Part shown: positions 10,045 to 19,131 of the stretch, one piece after another | Layout: the number at the start of each line of letters is the position of its first letter | Numbering within the stretch: the stretch's first letter is position 1 | Source of the DNA: Bacteroidales bacterium | Lineage (GTDB): Bacteria; Bacteroidota; Bacteroidia; Bacteroidales; Paludibacteraceae | Direction of reading: 5' to 3' | Length of the DNA: 58,319 nucleotides | NCBI GenBank assembly: GCA_900767595.1 | Contig: CAAFZS010000052.1 | Coordinates: 1 to 58,319, forward strand | Notes under the pieces: model-generated | Told to the model about the DNA's origin: nothing | Database searches by the model: none | The model's input: the letters and a program-made list of their open reading frames with translations, nothing else | Position numbers and translations under genes: made by a program

Positions 10045-11497
10045 ATTTTTAGCAGTATTGCTACTATCCACAATCCACTATCCACTATCCACAATGATGG
10101 CTATTCAATTGCCATCACTGATAGGGGACAATATGTTGTTACAACAACAAACGAATGTTAACCTTTGGGGAACTGCTACGCCTGGTAACACCGTATCGGT
10201 TTATGCCACTTGGGGTGAACAAGCCGAAACCAAGGCCGGCAAAGATGGACGTTGGTCCGTGACATTGGCTACGCCTACTGCCTCTTATACGGAGCATACC
10301 CTCACGTTCGTGGAGACTCCTACCAAACGGGCTTATTATAACCCCGATCCGGTGCAAGTGAACCATGTGCTCATCGGTGAGGTGTGGTTCGGTAGTGGAC
10401 AAAGTAACATGGAGATGCCCCTTATGGGTTTCTGGCAATGTCCTACCGAAGGTGCGAATAAAGAGATTGCTACCGCAGGGAATTATGCCGGTAAGATTCG
10501 TTACGCTATCATTGATCATGTACAAGCGACTACTCCTCAAGAGAATGTGTCGGGTGGCTGGTACGAATGCAATGCCTTCAATGCTCCCCGTTTTGGGGCA
10601 GCAGCCTATTTCTTTGCAAAGATGCTGCAACAAGCATTGGATATTCCCGTGGGTATCATCAACTGTTCTTGGGGCGGCAGCCGCGTAGAAGGTTGGCTCC
10701 CTCGTGAGATTCTCAATACCTACAAAGATGTAGACCTCTCCGACAAAGCTATGAAAGAGATTGCAGATAAACAACTCTATCTCAGTCCGCTCATTATGCA
10801 CGACGGTATGCTTTGGCCTTGCCATTATTATACAGTCAAAGGTTGGCTTTGGTACCAGGGTTGCTCTAATGTAGGTCACGCAGACACCTATACCGATCGT
10901 ATGGAGACCCTCGTTAAGTATGTCCGCGGATTATGGAAGAATGATAAGATGCCGTTCTATTTTGTGGAGATAGCCCCCTTCCGCCATGGCGATGCCGATG
11001 CCGCTTGGGCTGCCGAACTGCGCGAATCGCAATGGGCATTAGAGGATCGTGTACCTTACTGCAAAGGAATCTCTACCAACGACCTCGTTTATGACTATGA
11101 GATAGATAATGTACATCCCGCACAGAAACAAATGGTAGGCGAACGCCTTGCGTATTTGGCTCTTAACCATGACTATGGTTTTAAGACCGTCTATGCCGAT
11201 GCTCCGCGTTATGAACATCACGAAATCAGTGGCAACCATATCGATGTCTATTTCACCAACTGCGCTGACGGCTTCTCTCGTTGGCACGACTACAAAGGCT
11301 TTGAAGTCATTGACGAAAAAGGAAACGTACACCCGGCTATCATCGAGGGCGTACAAGACGTGCCTCACGCACTGCGCTTCTCTGCCGAAGGCGTAGAACA
11401 TCCGACGGCGGTTCGCTACTGCTTCCGCAATTTCCAAATAGGTAATCTTGCTAATATGCGCTATTTACCTATCGTTCCCTTCCGTACGGACAAATAA
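10031..11497 (+). CDS. SASA-family (sialate O-acetylesterase-like) carbohydrate esterase, probable acetyl-mannan esterase
   Basis: Contains the SGNH-like block GEVWFGSGQSNMEMPL. The signal peptide contains repeat 10064-10095. Confidence 0.7.
   Translation: MKHTKFLAVLLLSTIHYPLSTMMAIQLPSLIGDNMLLQQQTNVNLWGTATPGNTVSVYATWGEQAETKAGKDGRWSVTLATPTASYTEHTLTFVETPTKRAYYNPDPVQVNHVLIGEVWFGSGQSNMEMPLMGFWQCPTEGANKEIATAGNYAGKIRYAIIDHVQATTPQENVSGGWYECNAFNAPRFGAAAYFFAKMLQQALDIPVGIINCSWGGSRVEGWLPREILNTYKDVDLSDKAMKEIADKQLYLSPLIMHDGMLWPCHYYTVKGWLWYQGCSNVGHADTYTDRMETLVKYVRGLWKNDKMPFYFVEIAPFRHGDADAAWAAELRESQWALEDRVPYCKGISTNDLVYDYEIDNVHPAQKQMVGERLAYLALNHDYGFKTVYADAPRYEHHEISGNHIDVYFTNCADGFSRWHDYKGFEVIDEKGNVHPAIIEGVQDVPHALRFSAEGVEHPTAVRYCFRNFQIGNLANMRYLPIVPFRTDK
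10064..10095 (+). repeat. mini-repeat family D (CCACAAT/CCACTAT), in the esterase signal peptide
   Basis: ctatccacaatccactatccactatccacaat encodes STIHYPLSTM. Confidence 0.9.
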
Positions 11498-11520
11498 TTC
11501 TTCAATCTTCAATCTTCAAT
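11497..11520 (+). repeat. mini-repeat family A filling the esterase/GH5-GH27 intergenic gap
   Basis: attcttcaatcttcaatcttcaat runs from the last base of the TAA stop to 1 nt before ATG 11522. Confidence 0.9.
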
Positions 11521-11521
11521 T

Positions 11522-13564
11522 ATGAAATCCCTTCTTCTCATCCTCTTCATTGGCGCCAACTTATGGAATGGCGACATTAACGAATTAGATGCCTTACAGG
11601 CTATCGGAGTCAATAACATTCGTGTCAAAGCGACGGACGGAGAGAACCTCGATCCGTTACTCACCGAACTCGAAAAACGGGATATGCAGGCCGTACTCTT
11701 CCTTACTAATGCATGGGAATGGTCCACCGGTTATGAACAGTATTATAATCGAGCTACGGGAGAACCTATTCTCTTGCCTTCCGAGGTAGGTTATCCTTAC
11801 TATATGGAGCATGCAGGGCGATTCCTGAGCAATGCTAAAGCTGTGTCTTTGTTTGACGAGTATGTCACCCAGATGGTCAATAAATACAAACATTATCGCT
11901 CCATCTATGCTTGGGAGATAGCCAACGAACCTCGCGCCTTCGGACAAGACCCCGATGTGTTGGTGAACTTCATTGACCACGAGGCTAAACTCATCAAAAA
12001 ACTCGATCCTAATCATAAGATCACTACCGGTTCCGAAGGTATATGGGGATGCAATGAGGACTCTGTCCTTTGCCGCCGTGTTCACGAGATACCCGAAATC
12101 GATTATATGACTTGCCATATCTGGCCCTATAACTGGGGATGGCTACAGAACGGCATCGATTGGAAAGCGAATGTAAAACAATATATCCAATGGCACGAGG
12201 ATATCGCTACCCGTATTGATAAGCCTTTTATCATTGAAGAGTTTGGTTTCCCACGGGATAATGGTTCGTTAGAACCCAACACACCCACCACCCAACGCGA
12301 CGAGATGTATCGTCTTATCTTCCAAAGCCTACAAACCGTTCCTCATCTGATCGGTGCAAACTTCTGGTGTTGGAATCAAGACCCTCCGCAAGAGCCTCAA
12401 GGACTGAACTCCGTTCTGCCTACCGATGAGAGCACCCTACAAGTAATCAAAGCTCCTCTTGGTGTTCCTTCCTTAGCCACACTTTCCTCCACTAAACCCA
12501 ACCTCTGTCCTACGCCTCCGATGGGGTGGAGTACATGGAATACGTTTGCTTGCAATATCAATGAAGATATTATTAAAGCCATAGCCGATGAGATGGTTGA
12601 TTCCGGACTGCGTGATGCCGGTTATATCTACCTTAATATCGATGACTGTTGGCACGGACAGCGTGACGCTGACGGGTTCATCCAACCCGACCCCGAACGT
12701 TTTCCTTCGGGTATGAGGGCATTAGCCGACTATGTGCACAGTAAAGGACTGAAGTTAGGTATCTACTCCGATGCCGGAACCGAGACCTGTGGCGGTCGCC
12801 CCGGCAGTTTAGGTCACGAATACCAAGACGCTCTCCAGTATGCCCGTTGGGGGATTGATTACCTTAAATATGACTGGTGCAGCACCGAAAACGTGAATGC
12901 CAAGGGTGCTTATTCGCTTATGGCGAAAGCACTGCGCGCATCGGGACGGGATATCGTCTTCTCTCTATGCGAATGGGGAGATAACAAAGCCTATGAGTGG
13001 GCAGAACCCGTTGGACATCTATGGCGTACAACAGGGGACATCTCGTGGTGTCTGTTTGATGGTGTTAAAGATAATGGCACTTGGCGCTCGTTAGGCGTGA
13101 TGACGATTGTGGATAAAAACGAGAAACTGCGCCAATATGCAGGACCGAACCACTGGAACGATCCTGATATGCTGGAGGTCGGCAATGGTATGACCCCTGC
13201 AGAAGACCGCACCCATTTCACCCTCTGGTGTATGATGGCTGCACCGCTGATCTTAGGTAACGACATCCGTTCGATGAGTGTCGAGACCAAAGCCCTCATC
13301 ACTCATCCTACTCTTATCGCCATCGACCAGGACCCGCTGGGTATACAAGGTTGGCGAGAGAAAACGGAAGATTGGTTGGAGTATTGGATTAAACCGTTAC
13401 AAAACGATAAAGTGGCTCGCTGCATCGTCAATCGTGGCAACGAACCTAAGACCATCGAACTGAATAAGAAGATTAAACCGATTCTTCCTGTCTGCAAGAA
13501 AGCACAAAAGAAATTTACCATTGCTCCGCACGATGTAATCGTTTATATAGAGGATAAACAATGA
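11522..13564 (+). CDS. GH5 (mannanase-like) plus GH27 alpha-galactosidase fusion protein
   Basis: N-terminal half has WEIANEPR (GH5 acid/base). C-terminal half has PPMGWSTWNTF, YLNIDDCW and YLKYDWC (GH27). No signal peptide. Confidence 0.75.
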   Translation: MKSLLLILFIGANLWNGDINELDALQAIGVNNIRVKATDGENLDPLLTELEKRDMQAVLFLTNAWEWSTGYEQYYNRATGEPILLPSEVGYPYYMEHAGRFLSNAKAVSLFDEYVTQMVNKYKHYRSIYAWEIANEPRAFGQDPDVLVNFIDHEAKLIKKLDPNHKITTGSEGIWGCNEDSVLCRRVHEIPEIDYMTCHIWPYNWGWLQNGIDWKANVKQYIQWHEDIATRIDKPFIIEEFGFPRDNGSLEPNTPTTQRDEMYRLIFQSLQTVPHLIGANFWCWNQDPPQEPQGLNSVLPTDESTLQVIKAPLGVPSLATLSSTKPNLCPTPPMGWSTWNTFACNINEDIIKAIADEMVDSGLRDAGYIYLNIDDCWHGQRDADGFIQPDPERFPSGMRALADYVHSKGLKLGIYSDAGTETCGGRPGSLGHEYQDALQYARWGIDYLKYDWCSTENVNAKGAYSLMAKALRASGRDIVFSLCEWGDNKAYEWAEPVGHLWRTTGDISWCLFDGVKDNGTWRSLGVMTIVDKNEKLRQYAGPNHWNDPDMLEVGNGMTPAEDRTHFTLWCMMAAPLILGNDIRSMSVETKALITHPTLIAIDQDPLGIQGWREKTEDWLEYWIKPLQNDKVARCIVNRGNEPKTIELNKKIKPILPVCKKAQKKFTIAPHDVIVYIEDKQ

Positions 13565-15528
13565 CCCTACTCATCGCTCTGACCACATTATTACTCAATG
13601 CCGATTGGCATTTTCACTTGGGTAACGCTGCCGATCCTCAACAGGACTTTGGCTGCGGTACAGAGTATTTCAATTACTTCACCAAAGCGGCGAGTATTCA
13701 CAACGAAGGACCCTACGTCCCTTCCTTCAACGACTCCGCTTGGCAGGTGGTACAGATTCCTCACGATTGGGCAACGACCCTGCCTTATGCACCCGAAGCC
13801 AGCCATAGCCATGGCTACCAAACGATTGGCTATGCCTATCCCGAATATAGTGTAGGGTGGTATCGCAAGATGGTTACGCTTGATACGGTCGATTATACAA
13901 CCCCTCATCACCTTGTCTTTGAGGGTATCTTCCGCGATGCGCGCGTGTGGGTCAACGGGTTTTATGTGGGACATACCGAGAGCGGATACTTGACGCAGAC
14001 CTATACCGTGACCGATTATCTGCACGCAGGCGATAACCTCATCTGTGTGCGCGTAGATGCCTCTCTCCAAGAGGGATGGTTCTACGAGGGTGCCGGCATC
14101 TACCGCAATGTCTATTTGACGATAGGCGACCATAGTCTTACAGCGAGTGAAACGAGCGGTCTTTCAGCAAAGCGGTCTTTCAGCGAAGCGGTCTTTCAGC
14201 CGAAGGCGGTCTTTCCTCCCCTCCATGGAGTGTGCTTACACCAGGACCACGGCGGGGTAGGGATTGCGGTCACGAAAGGACTGATGGAGTATCGTCTTCG
14301 CAAACTCATGGACTTGGGTGTGAACGCTATCCGAACTGCTCACCATCCCGCTGCACCCGACTTATTAGATTTATGCGATAGTCTCGGTCTTTATGTCATC
14401 GAAGAGAACCGGCTGATGGGAGCTTCTGAACAAGACTATCAAGCCCTTCAACAGATGATAGAACGCGATAAACATCACCCCTCTATCCTCCTTTGGAGCA
14501 TAGGCAATGAGGAATGGGCACTCGAATGGAACGAGACGGGCGAACGCATTGCCCGAACGATGACCCGATGGTGCCATGAACTCGACAGCACTCGACCTGT
14601 CACCGTCGCTACTTCCTCCGGACCGAATGTGGTTTGGGGCGTTGATGTGGCTGGCTTCAACTATATGAAACAGAATAACCTCGCCTCTTTCCATGACTCG
14701 TTTCCTGAGCGTCTGGCCGTTATGACCGAAGAGACCACCGGCTGCGGTACGCGAGGCATAGCTATGTATAACGACGCCATCGAACATGGATGGCAAAACG
14801 TACTTGATAACGATTGGATACGGGGAATCTTCTATTGGACGGGTTTTGACTATAAAGGCGAACCTAATCCTGCCCAGTGGCCTTCCGTAAGCAGTTTATT
14901 TGGTGTACTTGACTTATGCGGTTTTCCTAAAGACGAAGCGTATTTCCTGCAATCCGTCTGGACGGATAAACCGGTACTGCATATCCTTCCCCATTGGAAT
15001 CTTGATGGACAGGAAGGAGATAGCGTCGCCGTGTGGGTATATTCGAATATGGATGAGGTCGAACTGCGTGTCAACGGCAAACGCCTCACCCGCCAGACGA
15101 TGCCTAAAGTAGGACACCTTGAGTGGAAAACCATCTATCAACCCGGTTCTGTCGAAGCTATCGGTTATAAGAACGGCAAAGTAACTAAACGCGAGAAAGT
15201 CTATACCGCTGGTCCGGCAACACAAGTAAGTTTTGATACGGTGACCTATAGCGGTACCACCATCATGGATGTCACTTTGCTCGATAAGAAAGGACATTTC
15301 TGTCCCACTGCTTGTGACTCTATTCAAGTGGAGTGGACACAACCCGTCCGCATCTTAGGTTACCATAACGGCAACCCCACTGCCCATCTTCAATCTTCAA
15401 TAGTCAATAGTCAATCTTCAATCATAATCCCTGCCTTCAATGGCCATGCACAAATTATTTATGAAAATCTTCAATCTTCATTCTTCAATCTTCATTCTAA
15501 CAATCTTACTGCTCGTATCGTGCGCTAA
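13561..15528 (+). CDS. GH2 glycosidase (beta-galactosidase/beta-mannosidase type), atypically short
   Basis: Motifs WHFHLG...WQVVQIPHDW, NAIRTAHHP, WSIGNEEW and FYWTGFDYKGEP. Repeat 14141-14216 sits where the Ig-like domain is expected. The C-terminal tail is built from repeats. Confidence 0.7.
   Translation: MTLLIALTTLLLNADWHFHLGNAADPQQDFGCGTEYFNYFTKAASIHNEGPYVPSFNDSAWQVVQIPHDWATTLPYAPEASHSHGYQTIGYAYPEYSVGWYRKMVTLDTVDYTTPHHLVFEGIFRDARVWVNGFYVGHTESGYLTQTYTVTDYLHAGDNLICVRVDASLQEGWFYEGAGIYRNVYLTIGDHSLTASETSGLSAKRSFSEAVFQPKAVFPPLHGVCLHQDHGGVGIAVTKGLMEYRLRKLMDLGVNAIRTAHHPAAPDLLDLCDSLGLYVIEENRLMGASEQDYQALQQMIERDKHHPSILLWSIGNEEWALEWNETGERIARTMTRWCHELDSTRPVTVATSSGPNVVWGVDVAGFNYMKQNNLASFHDSFPERLAVMTEETTGCGTRGIAMYNDAIEHGWQNVLDNDWIRGIFYWTGFDYKGEPNPAQWPSVSSLFGVLDLCGFPKDEAYFLQSVWTDKPVLHILPHWNLDGQEGDSVAVWVYSNMDEVELRVNGKRLTRQTMPKVGHLEWKTIYQPGSVEAIGYKNGKVTKREKVYTAGPATQVSFDTVTYSGTTIMDVTLLDKKGHFCPTACDSIQVEWTQPVRILGYHNGNPTAHLQSSIVNSQSSIIIPAFNGHAQIIYENLQSSFFNLHSNNLTARIVR
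14141..14216 (+). repeat. mini-repeat family C, in frame in GH2
   Basis: Units agcggtctttcagc(a/g/c) x4 encoding SGLSAKRSFSEAVFQPKAVF. Confidence 0.9.
15385..15429 (+). repeat. mini-repeat family A (with AGTCAAT variant units), in frame in the GH2 C-terminal region
   Basis: catcttcaatcttcaatagtcaatagtcaatcttcaatcataatc encodes HLQSSIVNSQSSIII. Confidence 0.9.
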
Positions 15529-17938
15529 GAACGAAGTCACTATTCGCGTCACTAACCCTACGGAGAATGGTCCTAAGATTGTTCGCCTACAAGCCGTGAA
15601 TGATAACACGATTCGTGTTACTTCTACCGCGGAAAATAAACTCCGCGACCGCAAGAGTCTCGTAACTGTAAACACAAAAACTACTCTACACTCTAAACTC
15701 TCCACTCTAAACTATTGTGGTGACACTGTTGCCTTATCCACTTCCTATATGACGGCTTATGTGCTTCGCACTACCGGTCAAGTGTGGGTCAATCGTTATG
15801 ATGGCAAACCGCTTCTACAAGAGGCTGCCAATAGCCCCCGTTTTACACCGTACGAATGTACTCAACCTCTACCTCTCAACTCTACACTCTCAACTACTCT
15901 AAACTCTACACTCTCAACTCTAAACTATACAGGATGGACGTATGCCGTCACGTTTGATAACCTATATAACGAAGAAGGTCTTTTCGGCCTGGGTCAACAT
16001 CAATCGGACGAATGGAACTGGAAAGGTCGCGATGAGGAACTCTATCAGTACAATACGAAGGTCAGTCTGCCCATCATCTTCTCTACCGAAGGCTATGGAC
16101 TGATGTTCGATACCTACAGCCTTTGCCGTTGGGGCAACCCCGAACCCTATCAGCCGTTAGAAGAACTCTTCGATGTAGATACCGTCGCTTTACCCTACTC
16201 CTCTACTCCTCTACTCCCCTCCTCCCCGAAGACTATCGTCTACGAAGGCACCCTCACCCCTCGTGCAACCGGCGAATATCGGTTCCTCCATTACTACTCC
16301 GGTTATCAACAACTCTTTATTGATGGGCAACCGTTGAGTCCTACTATTTGGCGAACGGCTTGGAATCCGAACGAGCGTAAGTATCGTTATTATATGGAAA
16401 AGGGACGCACTTATCGCATCCGTCTCACGTGGCAACCCGATGGCGATGTGGCTTATTGTTCCCTTACAGCTCATGCTCCGGAGACAACTGAACAGCATCA
16501 GCAGCTGCGTTTCTGGTCAGAGATGAACCCGAATCTCGATTACTATGTCTTTGCGGGAGAGAATATGGACTCTCTTATCCACTCTTATCGTACACTCACC
16601 GGTAAAGCCACCCTAATGCCCGATTGGGTGCTTGGTTATTGGCAGTCGAGGGAACGCTATAAGACCCAAGAGGAAATCATCGATGCTCTACGAGGTTTCC
16701 GCTCCCGTAACTTACCCATCGATAATATCGTGATGGACTGGAACTATTGGGAACCCTCCCAATGGGGTGCTTTCACGTTCGAAGAGTCTCGTTTTCCTGA
16801 CCCGCAAGCAATGATTGATACCATTCATGCTTTGGGTGCTCATATCATGATCTCTTGCTGGCCTAAGTATTATCCTTTCACGGACCATTATCAAGAGATG
16901 TTAGCCAAAGGTTGGCTCTATCCGCAATCGATTCGTGACTCGCTTATCGATTGGCTTGGGTTCCCTTACGCTTTTTACGATGCGTATAACCCTAAAGCCG
17001 GCAGACTGTTCTTTGAACAACTGTGGGAGCACCTCGGCACGATGGGTATTGATGCCTGGTGGATGGACGCTTCCGAACCGAACATCAAAGACTGTACCCC
17101 CATCGATTACCGTAAGGCTTTGTGCGGTCCTACTTACCTTGGCTCCTCGGACGAGTATTTCAATGCCTATGCTCTTGTCAATGCGCAGTCTATCTATGAG
17201 GGACTCCAACGTAAGGGTGTTCAGGATATCTTCCAACTCACTCGTAACGGATTTCTTGGACAGCAACGGTATTCGACCGCCACTTGGTCCGGGGATATCG
17301 GTACCCGTTGGGAGGATATGAAAGCGCAGATTACTGCCGGACAGAACTTCTCTGTGTCGGGTCTTCCTTGGTGGAGCCAAGATATCGGCGGGTTCTCAGT
17401 CGAGAATCGTTATGCTGCGGCGCAGTACGCTTTTGAAGCTACCGGTAAGGAGAACGCCGACCTTAAAGAGTGGCGTGAACTCAATGTCCGTTGGCACCAA
17501 TGGGGTGTGTTCACTCCTATCTATCGCAGCCATGGTCAGTTCCCGTATCGTGAACCATGGAACATCGCTCCTGAAGGACATCCGGCATATGAGGCGATAC
17601 GGCAGTGCCTTAATGAACGGTATAAACTTATGCCGTACCTAAAAGAACTCAACCGTCGTGTCAGCGAGGAGGATTATACCATTATGCGTCCCCTCGCTAT
17701 GGACTATCCTTCCGACCCTAAAGCTATTGCTTGCGGTTGGCAGTATATGTTCGGACCCGATATTATGGTCTGCCCGGTCTATACCTACGGTGCTCGTGAG
17801 TGGAGCGTCTATTTCCCTGCCGGCACATGGTACGATTACTATACCGGTGAACTCATTTCCAACGGCAATGAGACTCGTATCGTTCCTGCCCCCTACGACC
17901 ATAGCCCCATCTTCCTGAGAAATAAATCACAACTATAA
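15440..17938 (+). CDS. GH31 alpha-glycosidase (alpha-glucosidase/alpha-xylosidase type) lipoprotein
   Basis: GH31 motifs WWMDASEP and WSGD. Lipobox LLVSC. ATG 15461 is an alternative start. Overlaps the GH2 3' end by 68-89 nt. Hosts repeats at 15466, 15681, 15861 and 16193. Confidence 0.8.
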   Translation: MAMHKLFMKIFNLHSSIFILTILLLVSCAKNEVTIRVTNPTENGPKIVRLQAVNDNTIRVTSTAENKLRDRKSLVTVNTKTTLHSKLSTLNYCGDTVALSTSYMTAYVLRTTGQVWVNRYDGKPLLQEAANSPRFTPYECTQPLPLNSTLSTTLNSTLSTLNYTGWTYAVTFDNLYNEEGLFGLGQHQSDEWNWKGRDEELYQYNTKVSLPIIFSTEGYGLMFDTYSLCRWGNPEPYQPLEELFDVDTVALPYSSTPLLPSSPKTIVYEGTLTPRATGEYRFLHYYSGYQQLFIDGQPLSPTIWRTAWNPNERKYRYYMEKGRTYRIRLTWQPDGDVAYCSLTAHAPETTEQHQQLRFWSEMNPNLDYYVFAGENMDSLIHSYRTLTGKATLMPDWVLGYWQSRERYKTQEEIIDALRGFRSRNLPIDNIVMDWNYWEPSQWGAFTFEESRFPDPQAMIDTIHALGAHIMISCWPKYYPFTDHYQEMLAKGWLYPQSIRDSLIDWLGFPYAFYDAYNPKAGRLFFEQLWEHLGTMGIDAWWMDASEPNIKDCTPIDYRKALCGPTYLGSSDEYFNAYALVNAQSIYEGLQRKGVQDIFQLTRNGFLGQQRYSTATWSGDIGTRWEDMKAQITAGQNFSVSGLPWWSQDIGGFSVENRYAAAQYAFEATGKENADLKEWRELNVRWHQWGVFTPIYRSHGQFPYREPWNIAPEGHPAYEAIRQCLNERYKLMPYLKELNRRVSEEDYTIMRPLAMDYPSDPKAIACGWQYMFGPDIMVCPVYTYGAREWSVYFPAGTWYDYYTGELISNGNETRIVPAPYDHSPIFLRNKSQL
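15466..15497 (+). repeat. mini-repeat family A in the GH2 tail / GH31 signal-peptide overlap
   Basis: aaatcttcaatcttcattcttcaatcttcattc is read in two frames: NLQSSFFNLHS in GH2 and KIFNLHSSIFI in GH31. Confidence 0.9.
15681..15714 (+). repeat. mini-repeat family B, in frame in GH31
   Basis: ctactctacactctaaactctccactctaaacta encodes [10 protein letters not shown]. Confidence 0.9.
15861..15927 (+). repeat. mini-repeat family B, in frame in GH31
   Basis: ctcaacctctacctctcaactctacactctcaactactctaaactctacactctcaactctaaacta encodes PLPLNSTLSTTLNSTLSTLN. Confidence 0.9.
16193..16227 (+). repeat. mini-repeat family F (CTACTCCT octamer), in frame in GH31
   Basis: ccctactcctctactcctctactcccctcctcccc encodes PYSSTPLLPSSP. 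Confidence 0.9.
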
Positions 17939-17954
17939 ATCACAAATCACAAAA
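17921..17954 (+). repeat. mini-repeat family D (CACAAAT) across the GH31 stop and intergenic gap
   Basis: aataaatcacaactataaatcacaaatcacaaaa. Confidence 0.8.
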
Positions 17955-17964
17955 TTTATTCATT

Positions 17965-19131
17965 ATGAAAACAATTCTTTCAGCCGCAGGCGGTCATTCA
18001 GCGCAGCGGTCTTTCAGCACGAAGTGCGGTCTTTCAGCGTTAGCGGTCTTGTTGCTTTTTGCAGCAACGGCTTGCCAGCCTAAAGAAAACAACTTCAAGG
18101 TTCATCGTGGAACGAACCTCAGTCACTGGCTTTCTCAATCCGAAGTACGGGGAGAGATGCGTAGCAAACACATCCAAGAGGATGATATGGCTCGTCTTGA
18201 GTCTCTTGGTTTTGACTTCGTCCGTATCCCCATTGACGAGGTACAGATGTGGGACGAGGATGGCAATAAACTGCCCGAAGCGTGGGACTTGCTGACCAAC
18301 GGCATAGACCTTGCCATCAAGCATAATCTACGTGTGGTAGTGGATCTGCATATCATCCGCTCTCACTATTTCAATGCCGAGAACGAGGACGGTCAATCCG
18401 CCAATACCCTCTTTACATCGGAAGAGAGTCAGCAACAACTCATTAATATGTGGTATCAATTGAGCGAAGTGCTGCGTCATTATAGTGTAGACTCCGTGGC
18501 TTACGAGTTCATGAACGAGCCCGTGGCTCCCGAGCACGACCAATGGAACCAACTGATTGCGAAGGTGCACAAAGCTTTGCGCGAAGTGGAACCGCAACGT
18601 ACCCTCGTCATCGGTTCTAACCTCTGGCAAGGGGTAGGGACCTTCCAATACCTGCGTGTACCCGAGAACGATAAGAACATCATCCTCTCCTTCCATTTCT
18701 ACGAACCTATGGTGCTCACCCATTATAACACTTGGTGGAACCCTATCCGTTTCTATACCGGTGACGTGCATTATCCCGGACAACTCATCTCTGACGAGGA
18801 TTGGGACGCTTGTTCGGACGAGGTGAAAGCTATCGTAGCCGATTACCATCAAGAGTGGAACGAGGAAGTGCTTTACCAACGTATGAAACAAGCCATCGAT
18901 GTGGCTGACTCGTTGGGTTTGCAACTCTTCTGCGGTGAATGGGGCGTTTATGAGAATGTCGATCGCGAATGGGCATATGCTTGGACACGCGATATGATTA
19001 AGGTCTTCAACCGATTTAATGTGGCTTGGTGCACGTGGTGCTATGATGCCGACTTCGGCTTCTATGATCAATTCAAAGAGGACTATAAAGATCGTGAACT
19101 CATCAATATTTTAATGGAAAAAGAATTATGA
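17965..19131 (+). CDS. GH5 endoglucanase/mannanase lipoprotein
   Basis: Motifs FVRIPIDE, YEFMNEP (acid/base) and FCGEWGV (nucleophile). Lipobox ATAC. The signal peptide is interrupted by repeat 17977-18050. Confidence 0.8.
   Translation: MKTILSAAGGHSAQRSFSTKCGLSALAVLLLFAATACQPKENNFKVHRGTNLSHWLSQSEVRGEMRSKHIQEDDMARLESLGFDFVRIPIDEVQMWDEDGNKLPEAWDLLTNGIDLAIKHNLRVVVDLHIIRSHYFNAENEDGQSANTLFTSEESQQQLINMWYQLSEVLRHYSVDSVAYEFMNEPVAPEHDQWNQLIAKVHKALREVEPQRTLVIGSNLWQGVGTFQYLRVPENDKNIILSFHFYEPMVLTHYNTWWNPIRFYTGDVHYPGQLISDEDWDACSDEVKAIVADYHQEWNEEVLYQRMKQAIDVADSLGLQLFCGEWGVYENVDREWAYAWTRDMIKVFNRFNVAWCTWCYDADFGFYDQFKEDYKDRELINILMEKEL
17977..18050 (+). repeat. mini-repeat family C inside the GH5 signal peptide
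   Basis: ctttcagccgcaggcggtcattcagcgcagcggtctttcagcacgaagtgcggtctttcagcgttagcggtctt encodes LSAAGGHSAQRSFSTKCGLSALAV. Confidence 0.9.

Noticed and set aside
10139-10879. Long antisense or shadow ORFs in the track, for example 10139..10879(-), 18328..19071(-), 39257..40024(-), 43167..43865(+), 45098..45715(+), 13591..14133(-) and 5911..6444(-).
   Set aside because: Each lies wholly inside a strongly supported gene on the other strand. Each has an Arg/Ile/His-rich composition with no motifs, which is typical of shadow frames.
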